DNA of 55,264 nucleotides, the filler included, from Sphacelaria rigidula (Eukaryota), in assembly GCA_964200075.2 (NCBI GenBank). It is 5 parts of 5 records of this genome, joined end to end, with 100 filler letters (N's around TTAATTAATTAA, not from the genome) between each part and the next. Parts side by side here need not be neighbours in the genome. Positions count along the whole stretch, not along the records: positions 11,075 to 22,048 come from CAXNAA020005601.1; positions 22,149 to 33,121 come from CAXNAA020005602.1; 3 more parts are not named here. One strand, written 5' to 3'. The position numbers were made by a program, and so were the translations under genes. Under the pieces are notes generated by a model that saw nothing but the letters and a program-made list of their open reading frames with translations, made no database searches and was not told the origin of the DNA. The stretch's first letter is position 1, and each line of letters begins with the position of its first letter. Below, piece by piece: positions 12,230-25,753 of the stretch.

Positions 12230-15200
12230 CAGATATAGTGGGAGTGGGAAGCGAAGAGTTATGGGAGAAATATGGGGGGAAACAGGGTACGAAGTTGAAG
12301 GGGCACATGGACAGGGAAAATTAGGAAGGGACAGCAAAGCAAGAATAGGGGAGCGGGGGGGAGCAGGATTCGTTGTCGAGAAACCTGTGTGACATAATAG
12401 AAGTAATCAACCACACAAAATTCGACGAGAGCATATGGATAAGAGCACGAGGAGAGTGGAAAGTGAATTTGTTTTCTTAGGAAACATCTCTATGCCTCCA
12501 GGGTCGAAAAGTGCACTAACATATATACTGGCGAAATTCGGGAAAACAGCAAAAGGCAGACGCACAGGAGTATTAAAGACAAAGAGAAGTGACGTTAGCG
12601 GGATATTTTAATGCAAGAATTGGAAAAGCAAGCAAACCGAATGGTACGATTGTGTAATATAGAGAGACGAATAATCATACGAATGGCGTAGAGATGTTGA
12701 AGTTCCTCAAGAACAGCGAGATGAAGATGCTAAACGAATGAAAAAGTCAGATCAGGTATAAACTAGACAATGCATGCAAAAGGGAGGAAGCTCCATTCTT
12801 GACTTTAGAGGGGTACAATGTGGAAGTAGTGAGGAAACGGAATGACATATATGCGCAGCGGACGTAGAATTTCCGGATCACTGCCGAATATGGACAGACA
12901 GCCAACAGGCGAGGTTTTAAAAAAATGGGCGGGGTAGGAAGCTGTAGAAATGGAGAATGTGTAACCTAGAAACATCAACGAAAACAGCAAGAGTTCCAAG
13001 AAAAGGTGAGATGAAGTGCAGCGACATTCTCCGCGTTGTTGGAAAGCGTAGTTATAGCTAAGAACGAAATAGAAGGGGGTACAGCAGGAGCTAACGTTAC
13101 AGGGAAAGGGAAGCAACTGGCCAGGATCAAAGCAAGTAAAGTCATGGGGAAGAAGACGACAGTATGCAACAGAGCAGTAACACGGCGGGATAACGAAGTA
13201 TAAGAGGCTATAAGAGTAGTAGAGGGAGAGAGGCCCACGCAAGGTCTACATCGTGTGAAAAAACGATAGGGTGGGAGGAGTATGGCAAAGCTAGAAAGAG
13301 GTTTCAAATGACGGGAGCGAAAAAATAAGAGGGGAGTATGGAAGGATGTAGTTAATTCAATAAATCAAGACTTTGATGGCGGGATGAAGCAAATGTAGGT
13401 AGGGATTGAAGGAATACTGGGCAAAGAGGCAGGAGAGGCAGACAAGGGAGTAGGAATAGCCACAATGAGGGTACAGAGCGGTAAAATGGTTGGTAACTCG
13501 AAGGATAGGAGAGAAGTGCTAGCAGAACACTACCAACAGCTAGCAGCACCGACAACTAACAAGAGGTTGGACGCGGAATTCGAAAAATAAACCAACCCGT
13601 GAGCCAAGGCCAATACATGTACAGGCATCAAAACGAGAAAATGGCGGTTCAAAAGAATTGCAAAGAAAGTCCACAAGAGAAGAAGGAAAGGAGTGTGTAG
13701 CTAACCTCAAGAATAAAAGGCAGCAGGGGCAGACGAAAATATTGGACGCATTTATGAAGTACGGGGGAGAGAGAATGATTACCATGATGATAAGGTTGTA
13801 TACTTGGATCTGGTAAGTGGTAAAAAGACGGAGTAGTAGGAGATCTATTCAAGAACGGAGACAAGGCTAATCAAGAGGGTCAATATTGAGGGATGACGCT
13901 ACTAAGCATCCTACGCCAGCAAAAAAGTCTCTCAGATGCTGAACCATAGAGTGGAAACGATGCCGGAGGAGGAAAAAACCATCAGCGAGTAGCAAGCAGG
14001 GTTTAGACCAAACCTTAGCTGCGTAGATCGTACGTACAAATTAGGTAAGATTATTCAAGACGGGAAAGACGCCGGGCTAAAAAGGTGCTGTTTCTTTCTG
14101 GTTCCAGACGTACAGAGCGCCTATGACACAGTATGGATAAATGAGTTGTGAAAAAGGATGTGGGAAACTGGGACCAGAGGAAAGATGTGGAGAATGGTGA
14201 CGCAGATGACAAAACGCGGGAGACGTGTTACGATGCTAGATGGGGAAATATCCACGTATGTTGATATTCTACAAGGAATTGCACAGTGATGTACGCCGCT
14301 ACCACGTTCTTCAAGGCATCTCGTAATGCCGTGATAGTAGCAATAGAAGCAGTAGAGCAAGGAGTCAGGGTGGGGAAGATACGGTGTCGGGATTGATGTT
14401 GGTGGGTGCTTTCGTGGGGATATAAAAAATACCAGAGGGACTGCAGAAGCGAGTAGAGAAGGCGCTAGAGTACACTAGGATATGGTGAGGGACAGCGAAC
14501 GTTGAAAAAATGTGCGGTACGTATGTCACGAAGATGAGGAAAGCCCACCAGGGTTCAAATGGAAGCGGGAAAAGAAGGAACTACCGAATTACCGATCGTA
14601 CACCAGTGTATATACCTTGACATAGAGATAAAGAGAAGGTTGTTCTTGGGATACACACATGATAAAGAGTAATAGGAAAGGGTGAATCACAGAGAGGCAT
14701 GATGGACGTGATCCCCAGAGACTCACGCGTCGGCACTAAGATTAGGATATTTATTCTGATGGATATGATTGTGCGACAGCTAGAGTGTGCAAGAGAGAGT
14801 ATGGCAAGGGCACGCGAAGTGCGTGAAGTTGCTGGAAACAGTACAGATGACAGCAGCTTAAATTATAGTTGAGTGATCAGAAACAACGAGCAAAGCAGTA
14901 TTCAGAGCAGAATTGGGAAGGTACCCACTTGAAACAAATGGAGACATGAGAAAATTTGAATGTCAACATAATGTCAGGAGCCAGTAAGAAAAATATTGCC
15001 GTCCATCCGTAGTTTTGATAGCGCTGTATGGGAGGAAGTGACGAAAGGGCAGGCTGCAGCAAGGTGGGATATAGGGTAGTCGAGAAAGTATGGGATAATA
15101 TAGGAGGAAACCAAGAACAGATATTGTCCATAGGTGACCGTGGGCAGTACAAGACCGAACTAAGAAGAATAGATAGGAATAATGGCAAACGTAGCACCAT

Positions 15201-15790
15201 GACCGGAAGTGGATGAGGAAGAACACCCGAAGAAACACGGGCCATCGAGAGAAGAGATAGGGATGAAAACATACTTGCACGGCCCAATGGACTACGGAAT
15301 GACGCTGAAATCGCAATTTCCGGTGGAGGACCTGGACCTGCCGAAAAGGCGAAGTGGGTCTACCAGTAGTAGTCGGGTGTAGGAGGAGATAAATGCACAT
15401 AATGGCCCTTGTGTCAAAGCAACGGAGAGTAGAACCCATATAGTGGGGGAGTATGAACTATGCGAGGAAGGGTGGAACATGGTGGAGAAGGAAATGAGGG
15501 ATCTGAATTATTGTGACACGAAAGCGTTTGGTACAACGGAAAGTAGGAAAGAGACGATTACTATACCAAGAGATGGGTGGTGGCCACAGACGGCGGAACA
15601 GGAAAGGGATGAGATGTGCAAAAGAGTTTGTGTAATGTATGAGAAAAACGCAATAATTGCCCAAGTGTTGGAGGTGCCTCTATTATGAGGAGCAGGGGCG
15701 ATGCTCCGTCTCGAAAGGGATGAGTGGGCAATGGTCAAACGACTACAGGAAGCAAAACACGAGTACGCCGCCCCACCTTCATCCCCACCC
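12230..15790 (+). mobile_element. Decayed non-LTR (LINE) retrotransposon: APE endonuclease, reverse transcriptase and C-terminal region
   Basis: Frameshifted motifs read by eye: GDFNARIG-like (~12600), QAGFRPNLSCVD (~13993), AYDTVW (~14120), QGIAQ*C (~14275), a degenerate SGLMF(ADD)FVG (~14390) and C-terminal DGWWPQTAEQE (~15575). The strand is purine-rich, has many stops and ends in a C-rich tail. Confidence 0.88.
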
Positions 15791-16320
15791 TTGTTACCCC
15801 GTCCCCAACATTCGTTTGTAAAAAGTATCCTCACTCTGTAAGGTGGACAAACTTCAAGCATTCTTAAGAACGTGATCCGTAGTAGGCGGTAGTCTCGCAG
15901 ACTGGGATAGCTACCTGAGATATCGCAGAGTACCGTGTACCAACGTGATACGACTGGACGCTCCCGCCACCCCCGAACACCCCCCTGTCAACTCTCAAAC
16001 GTACCCCCTACCCCTTTCTTTGCCGTTCGCAGTTACCCAGGGAAACAAGTGACCCTTGACTGCCGTGCAGGCTGTACTCGAGATTAGTCCGAGGCTTCGT
16101 GCTTGGGCAACGCATTTATATGCTCGTATCATGTACCCTACCGAAGGTACCAGACGTGCACTACTCCTTGCCCTGACGTGTTTTCCTGATCCCATGGTGA
16201 CTGTCCATTTTTCTTCTCTTTACTTTTGTCATTTCGTTTCTTCTTCAATCTTATTTTTCTTTCGCCCACTGCCCCCTTCACCTCCCCTTCACTTCTAGGT
16301 GGTGCCCCACACAAAGTCAG

Positions 16321-19300
16321 CTAAACGTCCAGACTTGGCTCCCACAGTACCCTACCCCGGGGCGTTGTCACCGCGACGCGGCCATCAGGGGTTACACCCA
16401 GCTCGGCGTTCCGGATATCCCGGCCTGTGCTGTCCACCATGGAGAAGTAGGTCCGCCAGTATCCGGTGGGCCTCGGTGACCGGAAGGTCGTCTCTGTCCT
16501 GGGGTGCTCTCCGTTGTAAAAGAAGCCGGACAGCCTCTTCCTTGTTTGCGGTGTTTTTCGGGTTACCGACACACGCCCCCGGTGCACCATCATCTGCATG
16601 TTAGTGTGTGTTTGTAAGGGTAAGGGTAGGAGCGGGATCGGTTGACGTGGATGAGAATATGGTGTACGGGCGTGACATGTGAAGAAATGGGCGCTTGTTT
16701 CATGTACACCTCCTGCCCCATCGGCAGTGCGACACAGAGAGCACGGATACGAGTGAAAGTGGAAGTTCACAAGTCCTGAACGCGTGAAGTACCTCAGGAA
16801 GCAGCCATGACCGTGCCTAACGTCCATCTCCGCATGGTACTGTGCCAATGAACTGATTCAACCATCAACATGTATCTATCCACCAATTTCCAAAGCTTAG
16901 GATTCGCTCTGTATATAGTTTCACGCCGGCACCAAGCCTGTACGCTCAGGCCAGCTCATCGTGCTCTTACCGTGATGTTCAAGTTGGAATATTCTCACCT
17001 CAGTGGACGACTCCTCCTTGGATACACCGTTTTCTTCAGCCCTACCTGCCCCTCCTCGGTCGGCAGCATCCTGTGCGGGCGAGACCTCGTCGTCGCCACG
17101 TTGCTTCCCCTTCGCAGGCGTCTCAACTTCCTTGCCGAACTTCCTCCAATACCAGCCCTTCTTCCTCTCCTGTGCTGTGCCCTCCCAAGCGACACTCTGG
17201 GGGTCCTCGCTGGGCTCATAACCGCGGTTCACACGCAAGGAGCCGTGCCCCGTCGCGGATACACACAGTCCATCACTAACAATAGAGTCTGCCGACCGGT
17301 ACGCGGTTTGCGCGAGCATGTGGGAAATATCGTCGCTGCTGGCGGAGCAGGCGCACGAAAGAAATTCATCACCCCGGAGGGGTGGGTCGTGGGGACCCAG
17401 GGTGCTGAAGGGTCGTCGCCAGTTGCCCTGCCAAAATTCCACGAAATGGTGGAAAGAGGTGTTCATGAACACACGTATCGAGTGTGGCGTTCAAAGCAGA
17501 GGAAGGAGAGTTTTCTCAGAACGACAGAATCATCAAGTTGACAAACCAAATTTGCGATAGGGTAGAACTAGGGCAGGAGACCGATATACACGCCAAGAAC
17601 CACTAGCATACAGCAAAAACCGAAACACTGCATGCTGGTGCCGACTGCAAATCACAACAAAATACGCGGCAACATACACTCGCTGCAACATGAAGGCGAG
17701 TAGTTCGGAATACTACTCGAAACGACATATATATTCTACAGCCGAGGCGTCACGGCGGCATTTGATTCGCGTTTTAGCCCTATCCCATCCAATTCAATGC
17801 GCTCACCCGTTCCTGGGATCCGCGGCCGTCCACAGGCTCTCCGTTCCGGAATGTTCGATCTGATTTCCATTGAAGTTCAGGCTGCAATTAAAACGGTAGG
17901 ATTGGGAGAAAAAACATAGCGTCTTAGTTCTGGTCGAGCCGCCCTTTTCTCTACATTTCTTTTCATGGAGAACGCTTTGTATCGTGTTGGCCTCACCCAG
18001 CGAAGCTATCCATGGCATTCAGTCTTCAGAAGCCAAAGGCAAAACGCACCGGGAATGACGTACTTACACATGGAAATATGTTTACAGAGATATATCTATC
18101 GCGAATCGAATTTGCAGTGTTTTACGATGGCGCCAACAAGAGCACGGTAACGCAATTTAGTGATAAAACAGATCGGACGCATCGTGTTTCATGTCTAGCG
18201 TGGTGACAGGCATGTAATCAGCATGCTATGAGCACGCCAGAGTCAGTACTCTCTGTGGTGAAGCCTTGTGAGTGTAGAGATCTGCATAATGTTGATTCTA
18301 TTGTGTCAGCAATGAGTGCTGGGGTACGGGAAACTCACCAACAATAAATACCAGGTGAGCTTTATAGCAAGCCAAGTCAAACGGGCAACACGTTTCCGGA
18401 AAATGTTACAATGAAAGAAAAAAAAGCTGGAAAAAACTTCAGCGCTAGACTTTCTGCGTAGTATGTAATCAGTCTTGAATTGTCCCATTCCTTGGCCTGG
18501 TTGAGAACCTTTTGTCACATTTTTTCGGAGAGGGAGCTTTTTTCACCGGTCGGAAAAAAAGTGGGAAAGTCGGGAAAAAACAGCTTCATCAATAACAACG
18601 ACCCTACCTCATGGCTTTGACCCATATGCTACACATTTTGAATCGCACCGCAATGTGTAACACCGTCCCCTCGAGCGTCCAACATCGTCATTGTCATCCA
18701 CAAAACTAGCGGAATCACATCTCCACTGCAATGCAGCTTCGGAGCAGTACGTGCACCAGGCTGCGTGAGTCGCGCAGCCGTGCTAATTTTTGGGGCCGTA
18801 TACATTTTCCAAACCGAGACGGAAACTTGTATGACGCTGAGAAAATTGAGACGCAAATTGAAGACACAGGTGGGTACACAAACAAACACAAATACAACAG
18901 AAGCCGTGTACGGAAACGTTACAAAAGCGGAAAGCAGTCGAACAGACGTCTCCTTGTTTCTCATAGTCCGGCGGGGCTCTCGTCGAGAAGACATGAGCCC
19001 GTTCCGGCACTGTGTAACAATGAACGAATGCAATCGATCGGAGTTGGACACATGCAGGAGGTGTATCGCTTATTCGTAGGGTAGGCCTTACCCCCGGTCT
19101 CGTCGGCACGCCCTCCATCAATTGGAGTAGCACCTGCTCCAGATCATCCTCACGCCGTGCACCGAGTGGCGCTTCTTCGTATGTCCCGGGCGTGACGATC
19201 GTTGGGCCGGGAATGGAGACCCCGGGTGAGGGAGCATCGCCTGTGGTGTAGACACAGGTAACGGTTGTACAACAGAAATATCTCCCGCTGGTGAGGCATC

Positions 19301-19690
19301 ATGTGGTCGAATTCAAGTCGGTTCTTGCAGTCATATATGCCAGTCTCAAATATCAACAGCCCTCGACGGCTATAAAATATCTGTATGCTAAGTATGGTGG
19401 TAGGGCCATCATGCGATCGACGTGCGACACATACAACCAATATTCACTCTTAGGCAGTGTAAAACTAAAAAAAAGGAACAACACAATGAGAACGGATGCG
19501 TATACTATGACTACAAAAAGACGATGCGATACTTACCGTTCGAATCAGCAGCCCACTCGTCGAAGTCATATGACAGGTAAAAGCTAGCAGCCTCTGCTGC
19601 CCACCCGTCCAGGTCGAAGGCATCTACGGTAGGAAGCCCCTCGGGTACGTCCAGTCCGTCAAGAGTGACGTCAGCCGACTTGTCGTCTCC
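16321..19690 (-). CDS. Probable multi-exon gene (partial), product unknown; last exon has weak bulb-type-lectin-like wording
   Basis: GC-rich segments flanked by splice signals on the minus strand. The terminal exon 16593-16321 follows CTAAC..TGCAG and reads ...RNAELGVTPDGRVAVTTPRGRVLWEPSLDV*. Exon ~17427-16999 ends GAG|GTGAGA. Other candidate exons are 17859-17807, ~19240-19155 and ~19690-19605. I could not reconcile all the phases. Confidence 0.4.
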
Positions 19691-19766
19691 TGTTTGTCGG
19701 GTGAGTTTTATTCAGCACCACCAATTAGGCACGAAAGCCGGAAACAATCAATGAACATATAATACC

Positions 19767-20225
19767 ATATTCGTGAGATTCAGAGCGTAATATCGGGTTC
19801 AGAGTGGATGCTCTAGAATTCCTTACAGGCAAATTTTTTCATTTTTTTTTTTGCATGAGCATACGTCGTCCTGTGCATGCAGCTATATACGATACAGTAC
19901 CCCATTCGAGGAATTCGGTGGTCTGGTTGGTGAGATACCGCACAAAGGATTTTTACGCCTGAGGGGGCATTTTGGAACTGAAATTGTTTCAGGCACTGAT
20001 CGTTTTTTTCTGAAAGAGGGGATCTTTTGTTGCAATGGACTGACTACGTCGTTGCGATCAAGTGATGTGTAATTGATCGTGTAGGTGACAACTTTCATTG
20101 AAGCCACCGCTTGACCAGCTGGGCGCATTACTCCTCGAACTGTGGCGACGTCGAAATCGACGGGAAAGTCAATTGTTTCGGGTCTCACTCTGAATCCGAT
20201 GTTACACTCTGAATCTCACGAATAT
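19767..20225. mobile_element. MITE with ~40-bp terminal inverted repeats
   Basis: ATATTCGTGAGATTCAGAGCGTAATATCGGGTTCAGAGTG (19767-) is mirrored by CACTCTGAATCCGATGTTACACTCTGAATCTCACGAATAT (20186-20225). The flanks are AT-rich. Confidence 0.75.
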
Positions 20226-20539
20226 ATATAGTGTTTACTGTGACTTGACTGTATATTTCCAACCGGCATAAAAATGTTTTGGCAATACTCCCATGGTGTC
20301 AACCAATTGTAGATACTCAAGGATGATCACCTGGTGCCCGCTTAGGCAGTGCCCGCGTCCGAACAGCTGTGTCGAGGGGCAATCTCTAAAGGTCGGCATA
20401 CTGTCCAGCAACACAGGTAAAAGCGGCAAATAATGAGAGTATCGTGAAGATGGTGTCGCTAAAGAAAGTAGCCAACAAGTCAAAGTTCTCTGTATTCTTC
20501 ATCCATGCTGGCATAATTTGTTCCAATAAAATGGGACCT

Positions 20540-20750
20540 CACGGTCGACGAGGGAAAGGGAGTGCTGAAGCCCGCTGTCGATAAAAAACAAATAAGGGAA
20601 GAACCGTAGGAGGAAGATGGAGAACTAAAAAAAAACTCCTGTGTTTGTCTTCCTCCTGTGTGACCCCGCCTCGTGCGCCCATATATACCGGAAGGTATAG
20701 CTGGCGTCCAGAACAGATGGGACGACAACACGAACACAGACACAACAAAT
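20540..20750 (-). repeat. Dispersed ~210-bp SINE-like repeat (copy 1)
   Basis: The reverse complement matches 24905-25122 (GTCATCCCATCTATTCTGGAC...CAGTCCCTGTCCCTCGTCGACCGT), which lies on a different contig. Confidence 0.7.
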
Positions 20751-20929
20751 ACAGACGTTGCTCAGCCAAGGCTCGACGTACCCCTACCACCTACCGTGCA
20801 GCCGTAGCATACACAACGTGTACAAAAGCCTGGCACAAGCCGGGAAAAGCCATTCATGCACATAGCACAGTACAGTGCCTACTATCGTCAGTATCCATCT
20901 AATCAGGGGATACCTATCCTTCCAAAGTG

Positions 20930-21990
20930 GGGTACTCCCCCCCCCGTCGCCCAGAATGAGGTTTTCGAAAATCGAGGGCGGTGTATAACGTATTACAGTT
21001 TGTAAGGCCCTTTGACCTGACCGTTGTTTCGTGTGGTGTAGCCTCTGCCAAACGATCTGGACAAGAGGATTATCCACGAGGGACTCCTCCAGTAGCACTG
21101 GCCTCGTGCTCAACAAGTCCTTTCTTCTCCCTTCTTATCATCACGGGGTGATCCTCAACAGACCACATCAAGAGCCAGATCGCAAGGGGCCACACAGATG
21201 AGGGTTATCAATCCAGGATCCCCTGTCCCCTGCGACTGCTCCAATCATGCATGCGATTATACTTAAACCTACGGCTTGGTATCGTTTGGTTACAGCACCC
21301 CCGGAGCGAGTTCAAGACAAACGAACGAGCTTGACAACCAACAAAAACCAAGGCGGAATCGCATGCGCCAAATCACAAAGAAATACCATACTCCGACGCT
21401 AATTTCCTGGTCAGCGCCCGAAAGATTCATTCTTCTGAGTCAGCATAGAAACGTAAACGAGCGACATGGGCCGAGTGCACGGCGCCAGAAACAATGCTCT
21501 GCACCGAATACACGTGAGCGTGATCGACTCCGACCACTCGCCACGGACCTATCCACGTGGACATCAACTTCGGCGTCACATCTTGCCTCCGAACACGGGC
21601 ATGCAATACGGTTTCGCCAGCAACTGCAAACTTGCGCAACACAGCCTGGCCCGAGCAAGCTTGCGTTAGGTTTCTCGAGACATCGCGACAGCAGCTTGCG
21701 CTTCGTTACGAAACCGCACTTGCTCGTAAACCACGCCTTGAACCTTGTCACGCAACGAATCAGCATCCATGACATCGACGTTCCACTCGCCGCCAGTTAC
21801 AGAAGCAAGCGCGGAAAACGCTGTACGCGGCGTACGCCCAAACATCACACAATACGGAGTGTTACGGTAGCGTTCACGATAAGAAGTATTCGACGCCCAC
21901 TGAGCGGCTGGCAAAACATCAACTCATTCAGGCACCGGCCGTCGCTGTTCCGTCAAAATAGACCGCAATGCACGAATAACCTCTTTCACC
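20930..21990 (-). mobile_element. Gypsy/Ty3 LTR retrotransposon remnant (3' part of integrase, possible chromodomain relic, PPT-like tract)
   Basis: Minus-strand peptides EVIRALRSIL, LPAAQWA-NTSYRERY-TPYCVMFGRTPRT and KLMSTWIGPWRVV...HVYSVQSIVSG...HVARLRFYADS match the integrase core end and GPY/F-type motif. A G-run that could be a PPT lies at ~20935-20946. The element is frameshifted. Confidence 0.8.
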
Positions 21991-22048
21991 ATGCAACAGC
22001 CGATTTTATATTTTGGGGTTCATACAAAATATGAAATCGGCTGTTGCA

Positions 22049-22148
22049 NNNNNNNNNNNNNNNNNNNNNNNNNNNNNNNNNNNNNNNNNNNNTTAATTAA
22101 TTAANNNNNNNNNNNNNNNNNNNNNNNNNNNNNNNNNNNNNNNNNNNN
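22049..22148. other. Artificial contig spacer
   Basis: N-TTAATTAATTAA-N, 100 nt. Confidence 0.97.
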
Positions 22149-24904
22149 GCTGGACGTTGGCTGAACGTTTCGAAAACACGTTCCAGCGCCTCCGCCCGAC
22201 GCCCAAGGTGTCTGGGCAGCTTACCCGTCGATTTTTTTTTCGTTTTCACAAGTGTTACTGGGCTAAACTACGGCGCCGAAAATGAGAGCCTGTGAGAGTA
22301 CCCTTTTTTGTAAGAAAACTAGGAGGGTACACCCTGCCCTCTGCTAAAATGTCATATCTACCCTTTTTTGTGAAGTGGTGACCGTACCGTCGTCTCAGCA
22401 CAAGTTACGCCGAGCAGTTACAACCATGGCCATTTTCGGAACAATTATACCCCACCAAAAAAGGCCGAAACCCAACCACCAGAAGAGTGTAGCCCCCCTG
22501 TTGGTCGATCCGAAGACCCGGAAGACCCAACGATGCGTACAGGTCGCTTGTGTGCCTGACCTCTCAAAGATCCAACGAACATGGCTGAACATCTTGCCGA
22601 CACACCAGCCCGAACGGCATCATGCGGAGACAATCAGACCGTTGCCGGACCTGCAATTTGCGGCTGGGAAACGGAGATGGACACCGACCGGATTCCGGAT
22701 TGGAGCAAAAACGCTTTAAGCGAACGGCGCAGACTGGACAATCGGGTGTCTTCCTCCGATCGTTGCCGTCGGGGCGGGGGGGGGGGGGGGGGGTAAGCCT
22801 CCGAAAAGTGTCGGGCTGTTCGATGATGTTTTTTCCGACCTTCGATCAGTTTTCTTCGTTTCCTTGGATGCACTTGACTGTAGAGTACGTCTTCGTCATG
22901 AGGAATCGTGCGTTACGGTGACACCCTCCCCATTCAGACGTCGCACACGCCACTACACCATTGACACATCCCGGAATTTGTTTCAAGTGCTTTTCAAGCT
23001 CGCTCCCGAACCCTGCAAAGAAGGTGATGACCGTGTGCATTCAGGTCGAAGCACACAACGCATAAAGGAGCGCTCGAGTCGCACCCATCGCTGAGGAGAA
23101 CTGGGGTATTTAAGTCGGCCCCTCGAAGTATTCCCCTGACCAACCCGCCGTTCTCAATAACAGCAAATGAATGATAGGAGACCAAGATAAACAGTGGTGT
23201 CCACCGGGTCGTCAGGTTTACCGACTCGGAGGGTACCGGTGACAGCGGCGTTCGGACAAGATGCGCACCATGACATGGGCTATGAAATCGGGCCATCAGA
23301 TTCAAGATATTTCAAGCTTTCTCTGAACAGAACCAAGGTTCTGGACAGAACTGTAAGGCATGTTGGGTTCGCATATGTGGGACTCACCCACTGCTCTCAA
23401 AGATTTACGAATCATGATTTGAAAAGCTCTGCCACTTATGTCCCCAGCTGGACGGGGGGACCCAGGGTAGACAGCGTGGCGTGCACAGGAACAGACAGCA
23501 TCGAGGTGTCTGTATTATGCTCTGCCGTTCGTTTTTCGTGTTGAGTCTATCGCTACGGCCATTTACGCCGTGCCGTTCAAGCAACATCCATCCACTGCGA
23601 CAAAGCTCTTGGCTCGATTTATATGCCAACACCGAAAGTCGGATCTTTAGTGGAGTCCCAAGTGCTCCAAGTGTGCGCAGAATCTTTCGCAATTGGATTG
23701 ATTGATTGATTTATTTATCGTCGCACTTTAAGTGACCCCCCAGGGATCCAGCCGTGGTCTCTTGATAGACGTACTGTACTCAAGAGAAACGAAACTGAAA
23801 CACGCCCTGAAGAAAGGAAGAAACAGAAAAAAAAAAACCGAGTCGAACCAAACGACGTATCAGACCAAGTCGTAGCAAAAAAAAAAGTAATAAAAAAGTC
23901 AACACAGGCAAAGCACAGAAATAAATGGCCGACCTAGAACAAAAGGAAAATTTGAAGGAAAATAAGAGGAGAGTCAGGAGGAAATAAAATAAAATACCAA
24001 AAAAGGCTCGAAGGGATTCAGGGCAACAGAGTAGATACAGATACAACGGCCATTTTGAGGTCTGTCAACGCCACGCTTTGCCGAGGGAATACTCTGCAGC
24101 CCTCTCTCCCGGAGGGTTCTCCACATGTATTGATCAAGGTTTGACGGCTCGCATAATCAGGAGTTGGCCTTACAGTCTCCACATCATTGATGCCGATCCA
24201 ACGCAATTGAACCACACTGCACCCCCTCAAGTCGTAACGAAGAACCACAGAGCTGGCTTACTGGGGAGACCGGTGATTTTTCCGCACTGAATCAGTCGGA
24301 GACAGGTCTGGAAATGTCAACGGGCGTGACTGAATCAGATGATCGAACGACGATACATCTTGATGATCTAACCCGAGCAAACACGCAGGGACATCCACGG
24401 CAGGAGTGCAACAAACACAATCGCATAACACAGCCACCATGATGTTGCCTGTTTCTGTACACCCCACGTCCTCTACCTTGACTTCCGTGTGGGCTGGGTA
24501 TACAAGCGCCAGCGTTTCTCTTCACAATTTTTCGAGAGTGCATCATACATGGTACATCGAGACACGCACATAAGTTACTCCAACTCAGACCTCTTCACTT
24601 GCCCCACCACCTTTCTCGGAACGCGAAGCGGAAGCTTTGTCGCAGCGAACAGCTACACTCAACAGAACCAACAGACAAGAGCGCATAATACAGTCACCAT
24701 GATATTGTCTGTTTACAACACACACCACGCCCTCTATATTGGGTTTATTGCACAGCTGGGTACACAAGCGTCATCGTCTGTCTCTTGGTAATATATGTCC
24801 TTCTTTTGAGGGTGCGTCCGGAGCACGACAAACACGGAAAATGACTGTTTCCTGCGGTAAAGTTCACCACTTGGTAAGGGTTTGTTGGTCCGACTTGGTT
24901 TCAG

Positions 24905-25122
24905 TGCGTGTTGTGTGTATGTTGTCATCCCATCTATTCTGGACACCGGTCTACACCTTTCGGTAAATGTGGGCGCACCAGCCGGGGTCATCCAGGAGAA
25001 AACTCAACACAGTACGTTTATTTTTTTTATGCGTTCAAGTACTCCACCTTCCTTCTGCGGTGTTTGCCTTTTATTTTTTTATCGCGAGGTGGGGTTCAGC
25101 AGTCCCTGTCCCTCGTCGACCG
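24905..25122 (+). repeat. Dispersed ~210-bp SINE-like repeat (copy 2)
   Basis: Homologous to the reverse complement of 20540-20750. Confidence 0.7.
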
Positions 25123-25250
25123 TTAACCCTTTTTGGAACCCACTGACGACTTTTGTTTTCGTGAACCGGCATCATTTTGACTTGAAAATGACTGAAAACA
25201 ATGCCGATGCACAAGGACAAAAATCGTCAAATGGGTTCCAACAGGGTTAA
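25123..25250. mobile_element. piggyBac-like MITE with TTAA target duplication
   Basis: TTAA-CCCTTTTTGGAACCCACTGACGACTTTTG...CAAAAATCGTCAAATGGGTTCCAACAGGG-TTAA. CCC/GGG termini flanked by TTAA are the piggyBac signature. Confidence 0.75.
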
Positions 25251-25326
25251 GTCGAGTTTAGTGTACCCACGACATGGTCGCTCTCCGCTGTTGGGCACTG
25301 TGCGAGAAAAAATCCCAGATCTCTCA

Positions 25327-25393
25327 GAGATTCAAACCCACGACCCGACCGTCGGGAGGCTTCAAGGTTACTAACTGAGCCACCTGGGCGACC
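25327..25393 (-). repeat. tRNA-derived SINE head / tRNA pseudogene
   Basis: Minus strand GGTCGCCCAGGTGGCTCAGTTAGTAACC...GGTCGTGGGTTTGAATCTC has A-box (TGGCTCAGTTAG) and B-box-like (GGTTTGAATC) motifs but no complete cloverleaf. Confidence 0.55.
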
Positions 25394-25648
25394 GGTTGTG
25401 GATTCTAAAATCCGGATTGTAATGAATACATATGTACTTGTGTACGTATCACACCCGGGACAATATATGGTGCAATAGATGCAACATACGAGAAGTGTAC
25501 TGCATAAAGTATAGGTCTATTGCAACTATTGCCGGCCGACAACAGTCGCCATAGGCCCATACTTTATGCAGTACTTTCATTGTTTATTGCAACCATTGAC
25601 CATATAATGTCCAAGGTGTGGTACATATACAAGCTTTGAAACAATCCT

Positions 25649-25753
25649 TCAACCCCTTGACCGCCAGGGTGGGTCACCTGCTGAGTAGGCATCATCTTGA
25701 CTTGAATGATGAACATGAGACCCAGATGGCCAACCCTCGCGATCAAAGGGTTA
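25649..25753. mobile_element. ~100-bp piggyBac-like MITE family (other copies ~27918-28018 and 42792-42898)
   Basis: TIR AACCCCTTGACCGCCAGGGT ... ACCCTCGCGATCAAAGGGTT. The same internal sequence (GGCATCAT..ACTTGAA..CCAGATGG) is recognisable in three copies with degenerate TTAA-like flanks. Confidence 0.65.

Noticed and set aside
22846-23040. MsrA-like look of TFFAGFGSELEKHLKQIPG
   Set aside because: It lacks the GCFW catalytic motif and downstream conservation, and is too short to support a call.
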